Assembly: GCA_944388705.1 (NCBI GenBank)
Contig: CALXJU010000002.1
Span: 3,041-67,040 of the forward strand
Reading direction: 5' to 3'
DNA: 64,000 nt
Source: an uncultured Clostridia bacterium
Lineage (GTDB): Bacteria; Bacillota; Clostridia; TANB77; CAG-508
Below, one piece after another: positions 1 to 10,604 of this stretch; within the stretch, counting starts at the first letter, position 1; each line of letters opens with the position of its first letter. The notes under the pieces were generated by a model. It was not told the DNA's origin. It worked only from the letters and a program-made list of their open reading frames with translations, and searched no databases. The position numbers and the translations under genes were made by a program.

Positions 1-399
1 TAGTATTGTAAACATTTTGCATCTGTTTCCACCTATTACATCTGTAAATATTTGGTCTCCGACCACTCCTATATTTTCTGGTTTTTCTTGCAATTTCTTT
101 TGTACTTTTTTAAATCCTATTTTTAATGGTTTCATTCCGAAATATGCATATCCTATTTTTAATTTTCTTGCTACTTCTTTTACTTTTTTCTTTTTGTTTG
201 AGTTTGATAATATATATAATTTTATTCCATTGTTTTTTAAATTTTCTGCCCACTCTATTGTACTATTTTCTAAGTTTTTGTCATAGTCTATTAGTGTATT
301 ATCAACATCAAGTATTAATGCTTTTATATTGTTTTCTTTTAGCAAGTCTAATGTTATTTCTCTTACATTTTTATAATACTTTTTTGGATATAATATCAT
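1..399 (-). CDS. yqeG: HAD-IIIA family phosphatase, YqeG-like (C-terminal end runs off the window)
   Basis: Absent from the ORF track because no stop lies in the window. My minus-strand translation from the ATG at 399-397 gives MILYPKKYYKNVREITLDLLKENNIKALILDVDNTLIDYDKNL...ILSNSNKKK...GMKPL...VVGDQIFTDVIGGNRCKMFTIL. The DxDxT, SNxN and GDQxxTDVxGGNR motifs are colinear with B. subtilis YqeG. A GGAGG SD lies at 405-409 (complement). Confidence 0.85.
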   Translation of the reverse strand, partial: MILYPKKYYKNVREITLDLLKENNIKALILDVDNTLIDYDKNLENSTIEWAENLKNNGIKLYILSNSNKKKKVKEVARKLKIGYAYFGMKPLKIGFKKVQKKLQEKPENIGVVGDQIFTDVIGGNRCKMFTIL

Positions 400-434
400 T
401 TATTCCTCCTATTTGTCAACTTTATTTAATTTAT

Positions 435-526
435 AGAAATTTATATATTACTATTGAATAAAGTCAAGACCCCCGACGAAGACCAGTGACATGTTTTGAC
501 TATGAAATAGTAATATATAAATTTCT
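435..526. repeat. Palindromic intergenic element, copy 1 (AT-rich stem, conserved G/C-rich apical core; inverted relative to copies 2 and 3)
   Basis: Arms AGAAATTTATATATTACTATT / AATAGTAATATATAAATTTCT enclose the core AAGACCCCCGACGAAGACC (reverse complement GGTCTTCGTCGGGGGTCTT). The same core occurs at 35241-35262 and 42368-42389. Confidence 0.85.
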
Positions 527-543
527 AATAAAATCACATAAAA

Positions 544-1128
544 TTAAGTAATTTCTTGATAAATTTTGTAATCTCTTAATATTTTTCTTACATATGTATT
601 TGTTTCTTTAAATGGTATATTTTCTATATCAGAACCATCTGCTTTTATAATTCCTTCTTTTATCCATTTATCTACATTTCCGCTTCCTGCATTATATGCA
701 GCAAGCGCAACTTCCATACACTCATATTTTTCTAATAATTCTGATATATATTTTGTTCCTATTTTTATATTTATTTCAGGTTCTAATATATTTTCTTCAT
801 TTAATTCTATTCCATTTTTTTGTGCTACTTCTTCTGCTGTTGCATACATTAATTGCATTAATCCTTGTGCATTTTTATTTGATACTGCATCTGGCTTAAA
901 ATTACTTTCTGCTTTTATTATTGCATATATTAATTCTTCTTCAACTCCATATTCTTGTGAATATTTTGTTACATATTCAGAATATTCTTTTTTATACATT
1001 TGTCTTATCATTAGTTCTCTTGTTACTATTGTTATTGCTATTATTAATAATATTATCATTATTATAAACAATAGTTTTTTATTTTTTCTTTTTGTCAATT
1101 TACATTCTCCTTTTTTATTTACAATCAT
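544..1128 (-). CDS. Membrane-anchored lytic transglycosylase (SLT domain)
   Basis: N-terminal TM helix, then the SLT motifs AIIKAESNF (catalytic Glu-Ser), GLMQL and AAYNAGSGNV. Confidence 0.9.
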   Translation of the reverse strand: MIVNKKGECKLTKRKNKKLLFIIMIILLIIAITIVTRELMIRQMYKKEYSEYVTKYSQEYGVEEELIYAIIKAESNFKPDAVSNKNAQGLMQLMYATAEEVAQKNGIELNEENILEPEINIKIGTKYISELLEKYECMEVALAAYNAGSGNVDKWIKEGIIKADGSDIENIPFKETNTYVRKILRDYKIYQEIT

Positions 1129-3808
1129 ACCAGTTTGTTGCTTCTGATACTTCTGCTATTAATGGAACATTTAATGTTATTGCTGTTTCCATACAATTTT
1201 TTAGTATTTCTTTTACCTCTTCTACTTCTTCTAATACTGCTTCTATCATCATTTCGTCATGTACTTGTAAAACTATTTTTGATTTCATATTTCTTTTTTT
1301 CAATTCTTTTAATACATTTATCATAGCAATTTTCATTATATCTGCTGCAGTTCCTTGTATTGGAGTATTCATTGCAGCTCTTTGTCCAAATTGTCTAACC
1401 ATATAATTGTTTGATTTTAATTCTGGTATATATCTTCTTCTTTTGAATAATGTTTCTACATATCCAGTTTCTTTTGCATGTTCTACTATATCTGTCATGA
1501 ATTTTTTTATTCCTGAATATTGTTCTAGATATTGTTCTATATATTGTTTTGCTTTTTTTCTTGATATTCCCAATTGCTCTCCTAATCCAAAATCACTTAT
1601 TCCATAAACTATTCCGAAGTTTACTGCTTTTGCATTACTTCTCTGTTCTTTTGTGACTTCATCTATTGGTGTATTAAATACTTTTGATGCTGCTTGTTTG
1701 TGTATATCTTCTCCATTATTAAATGCTTGTACCATATGTTCATCATTTGATATATGTGCTAATACTCTTAATTCTATTTGTGAATAATCTGCATCTATAT
1801 ATATACTTCCTTCAGCTGGTTTGAATACTTTTCTTAATTGTTTTCCTAATTCAAATCTTGTTGGTATATTTTGAAGGTTTGGTTCTGTTGAACTTATTCT
1901 TCCTGTTGCTGTTATTGTTTGATGGAAAAATGAATGTATTCTTTTTGTTTTTGGATTTATATATGGTTTCATTCCTTCTACATATGTTGAGTTTAATTTC
2001 ATTAATTGCCTATATTCTAATAGTTTTTCAATTACAGGATGTTCTTGTTTTAATTTTTCTAAAACGTCTACATCTGTTGAATATCCACTTTTAGTTTTTT
2101 TAACTACTGGTAATCTTAATTTTTCAAATAGAATTTCTCCTAATTGTTTTGTTGAATTTATGTTAAATTCTTCTCCACAAATTTCATATATTTCTTGTGT
2201 TAATATTTCTAATCTATCTTTTAATTCTTGACCATAGTCTTCTAATTCTGTTTCATCTAAGTACATTCCATTCCATTGCATTTCTGCTAATACTTCTACT
2301 GTTGGCATATCTATATTATTAAATAAGCCTATTGCTTCTATTTCTTCTAATTTTTTTATTGTTATCTCTGATAATTTGTATATTTCTTCTGCATATAAAC
2401 AGTTTACTATTTTTTGTGTATTTTCTTCTTTTTGAGGCTCATCAAATAAACTGGTTTGTGCATTTTCTTCCTTTATTCCTTGATTTTGTAAGTATTCATT
2501 ATTGTCTATTTCTAAATAATCTCTTGCTATGATTTCTAAATCATATTTACTTGTTGGATTTAATATATATGCTGCTACTTTTGCATCATATACTATGTTT
2601 TTCATTGTTATTCCATTTTGTTTTAATATTATATAATCTTCTGCTAAATTATATCCATATTTTTCTATTTTTTCGTTTTCAAATATTTCTTTTAACTGTT
2701 GTTTCAAATTTTGTTTTATATAATATATTTTATTATTACTATATATACTTATTCCTGTTATATCTTTTTTTATTATATCTTCTGCATTTTGATTTTCTTG
2801 TGTTTGTAAATAATAATATAACTTTCCATTTAATTCTGGTATTTGTGAAGTTTCTATTATTTCTAATTTTTCTTCTTGTTTTGATTTTGTTGGTTGTACT
2901 ACATTTTTTAGATTAAATCTTTCTATATATCTATTAAATCTCAATTCTTCAAATATTTCTAATACTTTTGGCTTGTCCCATTCTTCTGTTTTTAATGTTT
3001 CTAATGTTTCTTCTATTGGAACTTGTGTATCTATTTCTCCTAATGTTCTTGATATTTCTGCTGATTTTTTATTATTTACTATATTTTCTTTTTGCTTTCC
3101 TTTTAAGTCATCTTCTCCTGATTCTATTTTTTCATATAATTCTTTTACTGTATGGTATTTTTGTATTAATGTTATTGCTGTTTTTGGCCCTATTCCTGGT
3201 ATTCCTGGTATATTGTCTGATGTATCTCCTTGCAGAGCTTTTACTTCTATTAGTTGTTCTGGTTCTAATCCATATTCTTCTAGTATTTTTTCTCTATTAT
3301 AGTCTTCTGTTTCTGTTTTTCCGGCTTTTGTTCGAGGTATTCTTATTGTTATATTGTCACTTGCTAATTGAAATGTGTCTCTATCTCCTGATAGTATTGT
3401 TACTTCTAATCCTTGCTTTTCACCATATTTTGCTAGTGTTCCTAATATATCGTCTCCTTCATATCCCTGTTTTTCTATTATGTCTATATTCATTGCTTTT
3501 AATATTTCTTTTATTATTGGCATTTGCTCCGCTAATTCTTCTGGCATTCCTTTTCTGTTTGCTTTATATCCTTCATATATTTCATGTCTTTTTGTTGGTC
3601 CTTTTAAGTCAAATGCTACTCCTATATATTCTGGTTTTATGTCTTCTAATATTTTAAATAATATTGCTAAAAATCCATATATTGCATTTGTGTATTTTCC
3701 ATCTTTTGTTGTTAACATTTTACTTCCCATTATTCCATAAAATGCTCTATTCATTATACTATTTCCATCTACTAATAATAATTTACTCACTTTTTTATCC
3801 TTTCTCAT
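1115..3808 (-). CDS. polA: DNA polymerase I
   Basis: 897 aa. The 5' nuclease N-terminus reads LLLVDGNSIMNRAFYG. Pol motifs are A (DYSQIELRVLAH), B (RSNAKAVNFGIVYG) and C (QVHDE). Confidence 0.97.
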   Translation of the reverse strand: MRKDKKVSKLLLVDGNSIMNRAFYGIMGSKMLTTKDGKYTNAIYGFLAILFKILEDIKPEYIGVAFDLKGPTKRHEIYEGYKANRKGMPEELAEQMPIIKEILKAMNIDIIEKQGYEGDDILGTLAKYGEKQGLEVTILSGDRDTFQLASDNITIRIPRTKAGKTETEDYNREKILEEYGLEPEQLIEVKALQGDTSDNIPGIPGIGPKTAITLIQKYHTVKELYEKIESGEDDLKGKQKENIVNNKKSAEISRTLGEIDTQVPIEETLETLKTEEWDKPKVLEIFEELRFNRYIERFNLKNVVQPTKSKQEEKLEIIETSQIPELNGKLYYYLQTQENQNAEDIIKKDITGISIYSNNKIYYIKQNLKQQLKEIFENEKIEKYGYNLAEDYIILKQNGITMKNIVYDAKVAAYILNPTSKYDLEIIARDYLEIDNNEYLQNQGIKEENAQTSLFDEPQKEENTQKIVNCLYAEEIYKLSEITIKKLEEIEAIGLFNNIDMPTVEVLAEMQWNGMYLDETELEDYGQELKDRLEILTQEIYEICGEEFNINSTKQLGEILFEKLRLPVVKKTKSGYSTDVDVLEKLKQEHPVIEKLLEYRQLMKLNSTYVEGMKPYINPKTKRIHSFFHQTITATGRISSTEPNLQNIPTRFELGKQLRKVFKPAEGSIYIDADYSQIELRVLAHISNDEHMVQAFNNGEDIHKQAASKVFNTPIDEVTKEQRSNAKAVNFGIVYGISDFGLGEQLGISRKKAKQYIEQYLEQYSGIKKFMTDIVEHAKETGYVETLFKRRRYIPELKSNNYMVRQFGQRAAMNTPIQGTAADIMKIAMINVLKELKKRNMKSKIVLQVHDEMMIEAVLEEVEEVKEILKNCMETAITLNVPLIAEVSEATNWYDCK

Positions 3809-3976
3809 TTTATTAAATATATATATTTTTTATAAAAGTAATCACATTGCTCTTCTGTTATGTCTCCATCCACAAATGCACTATTTACAGAACCTTGCAA
3901 TTCATTTAGTAAACAATCTATATAACTTACTTTGTTTTTTATTCCTTATTTTCAATCTCCTTAAAAATTTTATTTT

Positions 3977-4420
3977 TTAATATTCAGATTCTTTTTTGTC
4001 TGCTTTTTTTATGACGTTATTTATATTTGCATTCTTTTCTTCATATATTTTATTGATTTCTTCTTTTACTAATTCTGCAAATCTTTCTGGTATCTCCGAA
4101 TCATAATTATCACTTTCTATAATATATCTTCCATCAATATATCCCCAATCATTAAAATCAGCAATAAAATACCAATCTGATACTCCTGATTGTGAAATCA
4201 CTTTTCCTTCTATTCTTGCATTATCAATTGTTACACTATTAATTCTTTTTATTTTTTTTGCAACTCTTTTTACAATTTCTTCAAATTCTTTTTTTGACAA
4301 TTCATTATTGTATTCTACTTCTATTTTTCTTCTTTCTTTATCTTTGGCATAATTGCTAAACAATTTGCAACCTAATCCTGTTACTATACCTCCTACTAAT
4401 AGTTTGCTAAAAAACCCCAT
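3977..4420 (-). CDS. Hypothetical protein with N-terminal hydrophobic segment
   Basis: 147-aa ORF on the coding strand of the region. I recognise no motif. Confidence 0.5.
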   Translation of the reverse strand: MGFFSKLLVGGIVTGLGCKLFSNYAKDKERRKIEVEYNNELSKKEFEEIVKRVAKKIKRINSVTIDNARIEGKVISQSGVSDWYFIADFNDWGYIDGRYIIESDNYDSEIPERFAELVKEEINKIYEEKNANINNVIKKADKKESEY

Positions 4421-4476
4421 ATTATTTTCACCAATCCTTCTTCTATTATAACTTTCTCTAGAATTACTACAAAAAA

Positions 4477-5723
4477 CTAATACTTTTCTTCGGAATTTGA
4501 AATGTATTTTTGATTTTTACTTGTTGGTTTATCCGAAATTGTCATTCTTAATATTCCCTTTTCTACTAATGGTTTTATATAATCTCGTCTAAATCTTGTT
4601 CTATTTTTATATCCTATATAATTCATTATTTCAAAAATATTTTTTTCTTGCTTACAAAACTCAATTATTTTCATAATAACCTTATCTTGTGCCTTATCTT
4701 GTGCCTTACTTCCAATTACTGATGCATTTAATTTCTTTACTGTCAATTTATTAACTTCTTTAACTTGTATTTCACTCAATACTTTAACTAAAGGAACTGT
4801 AGCTTTAAAAATATCTCCTTCTTCAAATATTGGTTCTTTACCTGAATAAATTTCTGAATAATTTGTAATGTTTCTTACTCCACTTCCAAGTTCATCTGCT
4901 AAACCTATTTCTCTAAAAATCTTAGCTATCTTAGGGTTTTTTGAATATGGAATACAATTCTATCTATTAAATTTGTAATGATAACATCTCTATCATCATA
5001 TCTATCCATATTTTCTTCTCTATAAATAGCATCTGTTTTAAATGTAGATAGACATGACATAATAGTTTCATCTGTTCCAAATAGTAAAATGGCTGCAAGT
5101 GTTAGTCCCTTTTGGTGTGTCATAACATCCTCTCTATATAGCCCTGAACTTCTTACAATTTCTTCATTAGACATATTTTTCCAAGGATGATTATCATTTT
5201 TTAATATTGCCCATCTTTTAGCTTTTTCAAATAAATCCTCTCTTAAATTATCCATTGTAGCATAAGGAAATATTTTGTCTTCTATATGAAGTTCTCTTTT
5301 TCTAATATACATATCAGCTACTAAATTACTGTTATCTGTAATATCAAAGTCTCCATCTTCATTTCTATCATAGATTCTTCCATTACATCTATATACTTCT
5401 GAAGAATCTGGCACATTTATATATAGTATGATTTTTCCATCTATTTCATAATCCATTATTTTTAAATATATTGTTGGAGAAATTTTAGATGTATTATTGC
5501 ATAAATTAACAAAATCTTTTTTCATCTTTACTACATAATCTTCGTCTACTCCAACAATTTCTTTATTATCATTTACACCTAATATAATGTTTCCACCAAA
5601 TCTATTTAAAAATGCACAAATTGTTTCAAATAAATTTTTAGGCAGCTTATTCTTAGCTTCTTTAAATTCAGTATTTATTTTTTCTCCTTGACTAATTATA
5701 TTTTTAATTATTAATTTATCCAT
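4477..5723 (-). pseudogene. Frameshifted AlbA_2 / HATPase_c_4 / wHTH protein (family usually annotated 'RecG-like' putative transcriptional regulator)
   Basis: ORF 4926-5723 carries the AlbA_2-type N-terminus (EFKEAKNKLPKNLFETICAFLNRFGGNIILGV). A second frame continues from about 4955 as NPKIAKIFREIGLADELGSGVRNI (HATPase_c_4 signature) into ORF 4477-4779 (C-terminal wHTH). The frames switch at the T6/A6 run at 4937-4942; one extra A would give ...VFHIQKNPKIAKIF... Confidence 0.7.
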
Positions 5724-5873
5724 TCTTCCTCACCTCCAAAATTCTTTCTTATATTCTATTTATGTCTTCTTAAAATCTCGAATTATAGTGTTCAATATTC
5801 TTAAACTTTCTTTTTTCCCTCTTTTTTAACTATTAGTAAATTCCTAATAGTTGTGCTTTTTTATATATTTATT

Positions 5874-6440
5874 TTAGATAGATTTAGTTCTTTCTTTATC
5901 CTTTTCTATCTTCTTTCTATACCTATCTTCTTCAGAAAATATACAACCACAATATTTTTGCATATATAGTCCCAATTCTCTTGCTTCATTTTGTCCTTCT
6001 CTAAAACCTGGTCTAAAATCTCTATACAAAAATTTTATTCCATATTTTTCTGCTAACTCTTCTCCAATTTCTTTTAATGCTTCATGATTTTGATAAGGAC
6101 TTATTAGCAATGTTGTTGAAAATGTATCATATCCATTTTCTTTCGCATATTTTGCTGTTTGTTCTAAACGAATTCTATAACAATATTTTACACATCTATT
6201 TTCTAAATCTGTTATTACATTTTTGCAAAATTCTCTTAGTCCATAATTTTCTTCAAATATTGCATTTATTCCTATTGTTCTTGTATATTCTTTTAAAGTA
6301 TCTCTTCTTGCTTTATATTCCATATATGGATGTATGTTTGGATTATACCAATATACAGTTGGTTCAATATTTTCATTTCTTAAACTTTTTATACAATATA
6401 CACTACATGGTGCACAACAAGTATGTAATAATAATTTCAT
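5874..6440 (-). CDS. queH: Epoxyqueuosine reductase QueH (DUF208)
   Basis: The N-terminus LLLHTCCAPCS and the overall 188-aa layout are typical of QueH. Confidence 0.9.
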   Translation of the reverse strand: MKLLLHTCCAPCSVYCIKSLRNENIEPTVYWYNPNIHPYMEYKARRDTLKEYTRTIGINAIFEENYGLREFCKNVITDLENRCVKYCYRIRLEQTAKYAKENGYDTFSTTLLISPYQNHEALKEIGEELAEKYGIKFLYRDFRPGFREGQNEARELGLYMQKYCGCIFSEEDRYRKKIEKDKERTKSI

Positions 6441-6464
6441 TTTATTCCTTCTTTCATTTTGTTT

Positions 6465-7496
6465 TTATCCTAAAAATGGATATCCTAAATGCTCATATGC
6501 TGGTGGTAATACTATTCTTCCTCTAGGTGTTCTTGATATAAATCCTATTTGTATTAAATATGGTTCATATACATCTTCTAATGTGTCTACTTCTTCTCCT
6601 AATGATGTTGCTAATGTTTCTATCCCTACTGGTCTTCCTTGATATTGTGTTATCATTATGTCTAACATTTTTCTATCTGTTTCATCTAGACCAAGTTCAT
6701 CAATTTCTAATTTGTTTAATGCATGTTTTGCTATTTTTATTGTTATTTGTCCGTCTCCTAATACTACAGCATAATCTCTTACTCTTTTTAATAATCTATT
6801 TGCTATTCTTGGAGTTCCTCTTGACCTTCTTGCTATTTCCATTGCCGATTTTTCATCAATTTCGATTTCTAGTATTTTGGCTGACCTTATTACTATTTCA
6901 GTTAATTGTTCTGGTGTATATAATTCTAATTTTTGTATTATTCCAAATCTATCTCTTAATGGTGTTGTTAATGAACCTGCTTTAGTTGTTGCTCCTATTA
7001 ATGTGAATTTTGGTAAATCTATTCTTATTGATTTAGCACTTGGTCCTTTTCCTATTACTATATCTAATGTAAAATCTTCTAATGCTGGATATAAGATTTC
7101 TTCTACATTTTTGCTTAATCTATGTATTTCATCAATAAATAAAACATCTTTTTCTGATAGGTTTGTTAATATTGCTGCTAAATCTCCAGGCTTTTCTATT
7201 GCTGGTCCTGATGTTATTTTTATATTTGATTTCATTTCATTTGCTATTATATTTGCTATTGTTGTTTTTCCTAATCCTGGTGGTCCATAAAATAAGCAAT
7301 GGTCTAATGTTTCATTTCTTTTCTTGGCTGCTTCTATATATATTTTCATGTTTTCTTTTACTTTTGTTTGCCCTATATATTCTTCTAAATGTTGTGGTCT
7401 TAAGGTATTTTCTAATTTTTCTTCTTGCCTATTTTCTAGTTCTGGCTTTATTAATGCTTTTTCATCTATTATATCTTCAAATTCGTTTTCTTCCAT
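6465..7496 (-). CDS. ruvB: Holliday junction branch migration helicase RuvB
   Basis: Walker [10 protein letters not shown], Walker B/sensor LFIDEIHRL, and the C-terminal winged helix typical of RuvB. Confidence 0.97.
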   Translation of the reverse strand: MEENEFEDIIDEKALIKPELENRQEEKLENTLRPQHLEEYIGQTKVKENMKIYIEAAKKRNETLDHCLFYGPPGLGKTTIANIIANEMKSNIKITSGPAIEKPGDLAAILTNLSEKDVLFIDEIHRLSKNVEEILYPALEDFTLDIVIGKGPSAKSIRIDLPKFTLIGATTKAGSLTTPLRDRFGIIQKLELYTPEQLTEIVIRSAKILEIEIDEKSAMEIARRSRGTPRIANRLLKRVRDYAVVLGDGQITIKIAKHALNKLEIDELGLDETDRKMLDIMITQYQGRPVGIETLATSLGEEVDTLEDVYEPYLIQIGFISRTPRGRIVLPPAYEHLGYPFLG

Positions 7497-7596
7497 TTGG
7501 CAACTTATGTTGTTTCCAACATGTCCTCCTTTTTGTTTTTTCTTTTATACTATATCATTTTTTTGCTGTTTATACAAGTATATTACCACTCTTTTT

Positions 7597-7637
7597 TATA
7601 AATAAAACGTCATCTGCATATTTGTACAAATGACGTT
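7597..7637 (-). terminator. Rho-independent terminator downstream of recA
   Basis: On the minus strand the stem is AACGTCAT (7630-7637) / ATGACGTT (7606-7613), followed by TTTTATTTAT. Confidence 0.6.
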
Positions 7638-7646
7638 CTTTTGCTC

Positions 7647-8699
7647 TTATTCTTCTACTTCTTCATTTTCTTCTTCTGGCAATTCTTCTCCTAAACTTTG
7701 TTCAAAAGCTTTTGCAAAATTATCTCTAACTTTTTTGTCAACTTCTTGTAACATATCTGGATGTTCTATTAAATATCTTTTTGCATTTTCTCTACCTTGT
7801 CCAATTCTTTCTCCATTATAGCTAAACCATGAACCACTTTTTTCAACAATGTCTAAGTTAACAGCCATATCTAAAATATTTCCTTCTTTTGAAATTCCTT
7901 TTCCATATAATACATCAAATTCTGCTTCTCTGAATGGTGGTGCTACTTTATTTTTTATGACTTTTACTCTTACTCTATTTCCTACTACTTCTCCATCTTG
8001 TTTGATGTTTTCTATTTTTCTTATATCCATTCTTACTGAAGCATAGAATTTTAATGCTCTACCTCCTGTTGTTGTTTCTGGATTTCCAAACATTACTCCT
8101 ATTTTTTCTCTTAATTGGTTTATAAATATTAATACTGTTTTTGATTTGTTTATTGCTCCTGCTAATTTACGTAATGCTTGTGACATTAATCTTGCTTGTA
8201 GTCCCATATGAGAATCTCCCATATCTCCATCTATTTCAGCTTTTGGTACTAATGCTGCAACAGAGTCTACTACTATTACATCTAATGCTCCACTTCTTAC
8301 TAATGCTTCTGTTATTTCTAAGGCTTGTTCTCCTGTATCTGGTTGTGATACTATTAAATTATCTATATCTACTCCTAATTTTCTTGCATATACTGGGTCT
8401 AAAGCATGTTCTGCATCTATAAATGCTGCTTCTCCTCCCGTTTTTTGTGCTTCTGCTATTACATGTAATGCTAATGTTGTTTTTCCTGATGATTCTGGTC
8501 CAAATACTTCTATTATTCTTCCTCTAGGAACTCCTCCTATACCTAATGCTATATCTAAACTTAATGCTCCTGTTGGTATTGCTTCTACCTCCATAGCTTT
8601 AAATTCTCCTAATTTCATTACAGATCCTTTTCCAAATTGTTTTTCTATTTGGCTCATTGCCACTTCTAGTGCTTTTCTTTTTTCTACGTTTTCTTCCAT
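7647..8699 (-). CDS. recA: Recombinase RecA
   Basis: GPESSGKTT Walker A; full-length colinearity with the RecA family ([23 protein letters not shown]...). Confidence 0.98.
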   Translation of the reverse strand: MEENVEKRKALEVAMSQIEKQFGKGSVMKLGEFKAMEVEAIPTGALSLDIALGIGGVPRGRIIEVFGPESSGKTTLALHVIAEAQKTGGEAAFIDAEHALDPVYARKLGVDIDNLIVSQPDTGEQALEITEALVRSGALDVIVVDSVAALVPKAEIDGDMGDSHMGLQARLMSQALRKLAGAINKSKTVLIFINQLREKIGVMFGNPETTTGGRALKFYASVRMDIRKIENIKQDGEVVGNRVRVKVIKNKVAPPFREAEFDVLYGKGISKEGNILDMAVNLDIVEKSGSWFSYNGERIGQGRENAKRYLIEHPDMLQEVDKKVRDNFAKAFEQSLGEELPEEENEEVEE

Positions 8700-8718
8700 T
8701 TTTTCCTCCTATATTTTA

Positions 8719-8732
8719 TAAACTTTTGTTCG
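8719..8732 (-). promoter_or_regulatory. Candidate LexA (Cheo/DinR-type) box in the recA leader
   Basis: The minus strand reads CGAACAAAAGTTTA against the Firmicute consensus CGAAC-N4-GTTCG. One half-site is perfect and the other is GTTT. It lies between the predicted -10 and the SD. Confidence 0.5.
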
Positions 8733-8740
8733 ATAACTGT

Positions 8741-8769
8741 ATCGTACACTTTTTATCTTTTTTTGTCAA
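8741..8769 (-). promoter_or_regulatory. Sigma-A-type promoter of recA
   Basis: Minus strand: TTGACA (8764-8769), 17 nt spacer, TACGAT (8741-8746), about 40 nt upstream of the GGAGG SD. Confidence 0.55.
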
Positions 8770-8787
8770 GCTTTTTTTTAAATTTTT

Positions 8788-10356
8788 TTAATTTTTGTAC
8801 CAATTATTTATATCAATAAAAACATTATACCAGTTAGCTTCTATATTTCCTTTTAATGTTAAATTACTCATCACTGCATAATAACTACTATATAGACCAA
8901 TAAATGGTTGTTCTTCATTAAATATTTGTCTTATTCTTGTGTATTTTTCTTTTAACAAATTTTCATCTGTTATATTTTTTACTTCGTTTAATATAGTGTT
9001 TAATTCTTCATTATTATAATTTGATGATACAAAATATGTTTCTAGATTAGGACTTGTTGATTCTGTTGTTCCTGTTAGTATAATGTCATAGTTTTTGTTT
9101 TGTAAGTAATTCTGATATTGAGTGTCACTTGCTTTTACTATTGATACTCTTATTCCAATTTCTTCTAAATTTGTTTTGAGCATTTCTGCAACTGTTACTC
9201 TTGTCTGATTTGTAGCTTGGACTACTAATCTTAGATTTATTGTTAATGTTCTATTATTTTCTACTTTTTGCCATCTATTATTTTTTAATGTCCAACCACC
9301 TTCTTCTAACAGTTTTTTAGCTTCTCCTGGATTATAAGTCTTATCCCCTTCTTGTCCTCTTAGCCAGTTTCCATAGTCTAACGGATAATCTATTGTTTTA
9401 TATTTATTATTAAATACACTAGATATTATATTTTCTCTATTTATTCCATATGATATTGCTCTTCTTACTTCTTTATGTGATAAAACTTGATTTTGTGTAT
9501 TTATTGCTAAATAATCATATTCTCTTCCTGCTACTTCTTTTTTGTTATACCCAATTGTTCCTATGTAATTTTCTATATTTATATTTGTTGTTGTGATTAA
9601 GTCGATTTTTCCTAATTTAAAAGCATTATATAATTCTCCTAAATTCGCATATTTCCCTATGTTTATTGTTTCTAATGTTAGTTCTTTTTCATAATAATTT
9701 TCATTTTTACTTAATGTTATTCCTTCTGCATCATTTCTTGTGATTTTATATTTTCCACTTCCTACTGGCATATTATTTTTTTCTGTTGTAGTAAATTCTT
9801 GCCCTTCATAATATTTTTTACTCATTATTGGAAATATTAAATTATATTCAAAAAATGGTATTTCATGGTCTAATGTTATTTGTAATGATGTTTCATCTAT
9901 CTTATCTGCTCTTATTACATATTGAACATTATATGCATATATTGATGGTGTTTTTTTCAAAATATCTATTGTATATATTACATCTTCTACTGTTAATGGT
10001 TGTCCATCTGACCATTTGATGTCATCTCTTATTTTTATTAAATATGTGGTCTGACTCGTTTTTGCCCAATCTTTTGCTATACAATTTTTAATTTTATATT
10101 CTGAGTCTATTTCTAATAATGGTTCAAATATTATTTTTGATATTTCTTGTACATGTTTATTGTTACTCAATATCGGGTTTATTGTATCAAATTCTGCTAT
10201 TCCTAATGTTATTTCTTTTATTGTTTCTTCTTCTGCTTCTTCTACTGGCTCTTCTTCTGGAATTTCTGTTTTTTGCTCATTTAATTTATATATTGCAAAT
10301 CCCATTATAGCTATTACAAATATGAAAAATATATATTTTATAAAATTGCTTTTCAA
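8788..10356 (-). CDS. ABC transporter substrate-binding protein, family 5 (peptide/nickel, OppA-like), membrane-anchored
   Basis: 522 aa with an N-terminal TM/signal anchor. SBP_bac_5-like segments include IKWSDGQPLTVEDVIYTIDILKK. Confidence 0.8.
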   Translation of the reverse strand: MKSNFIKYIFFIFVIAIMGFAIYKLNEQKTEIPEEEPVEEAEEETIKEITLGIAEFDTINPILSNNKHVQEISKIIFEPLLEIDSEYKIKNCIAKDWAKTSQTTYLIKIRDDIKWSDGQPLTVEDVIYTIDILKKTPSIYAYNVQYVIRADKIDETSLQITLDHEIPFFEYNLIFPIMSKKYYEGQEFTTTEKNNMPVGSGKYKITRNDAEGITLSKNENYYEKELTLETINIGKYANLGELYNAFKLGKIDLITTTNINIENYIGTIGYNKKEVAGREYDYLAINTQNQVLSHKEVRRAISYGINRENIISSVFNNKYKTIDYPLDYGNWLRGQEGDKTYNPGEAKKLLEEGGWTLKNNRWQKVENNRTLTINLRLVVQATNQTRVTVAEMLKTNLEEIGIRVSIVKASDTQYQNYLQNKNYDIILTGTTESTSPNLETYFVSSNYNNEELNTILNEVKNITDENLLKEKYTRIRQIFNEEQPFIGLYSSYYAVMSNLTLKGNIEANWYNVFIDINNWYKN

Positions 10357-10604
10357 ATTATCACCCTCTCGTGTTGTTATAATATATTATTATTCAGTTT
10401 TTTTCAAGTGTTTTGGGATATTTTTATCAACCTCCTTTTTTACAGTTTTCGGTTTTTTTGGATTTTTTAGATTTTTTTGCTTTCCAAAGTTGTAATGCAA
10501 TTGAATTTTTGAATGAACAATATTATGTTACCATATTTTTCTTGTTTTATCAATAGCATTTTTAAATTATTTTTATATTAAATAATATTTTTATATTCTA
10601 TACA

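Noticed and set aside
3806-3937. An open frame immediately upstream of polA ends in ATGA overlap with the polA start (…KNKVSYIDCLLNELQGSVNSAFVDGDITEEQCDYFYKKYIYLIK*).
   Set aside because: The 4-nt overlap suggests coupling. However, the frame opens just after a stop and contains no ATG, GTG or TTG near its 5' end (the first sense codons are GGA ATA AAA). I cannot define a start, so it may be a gene remnant.
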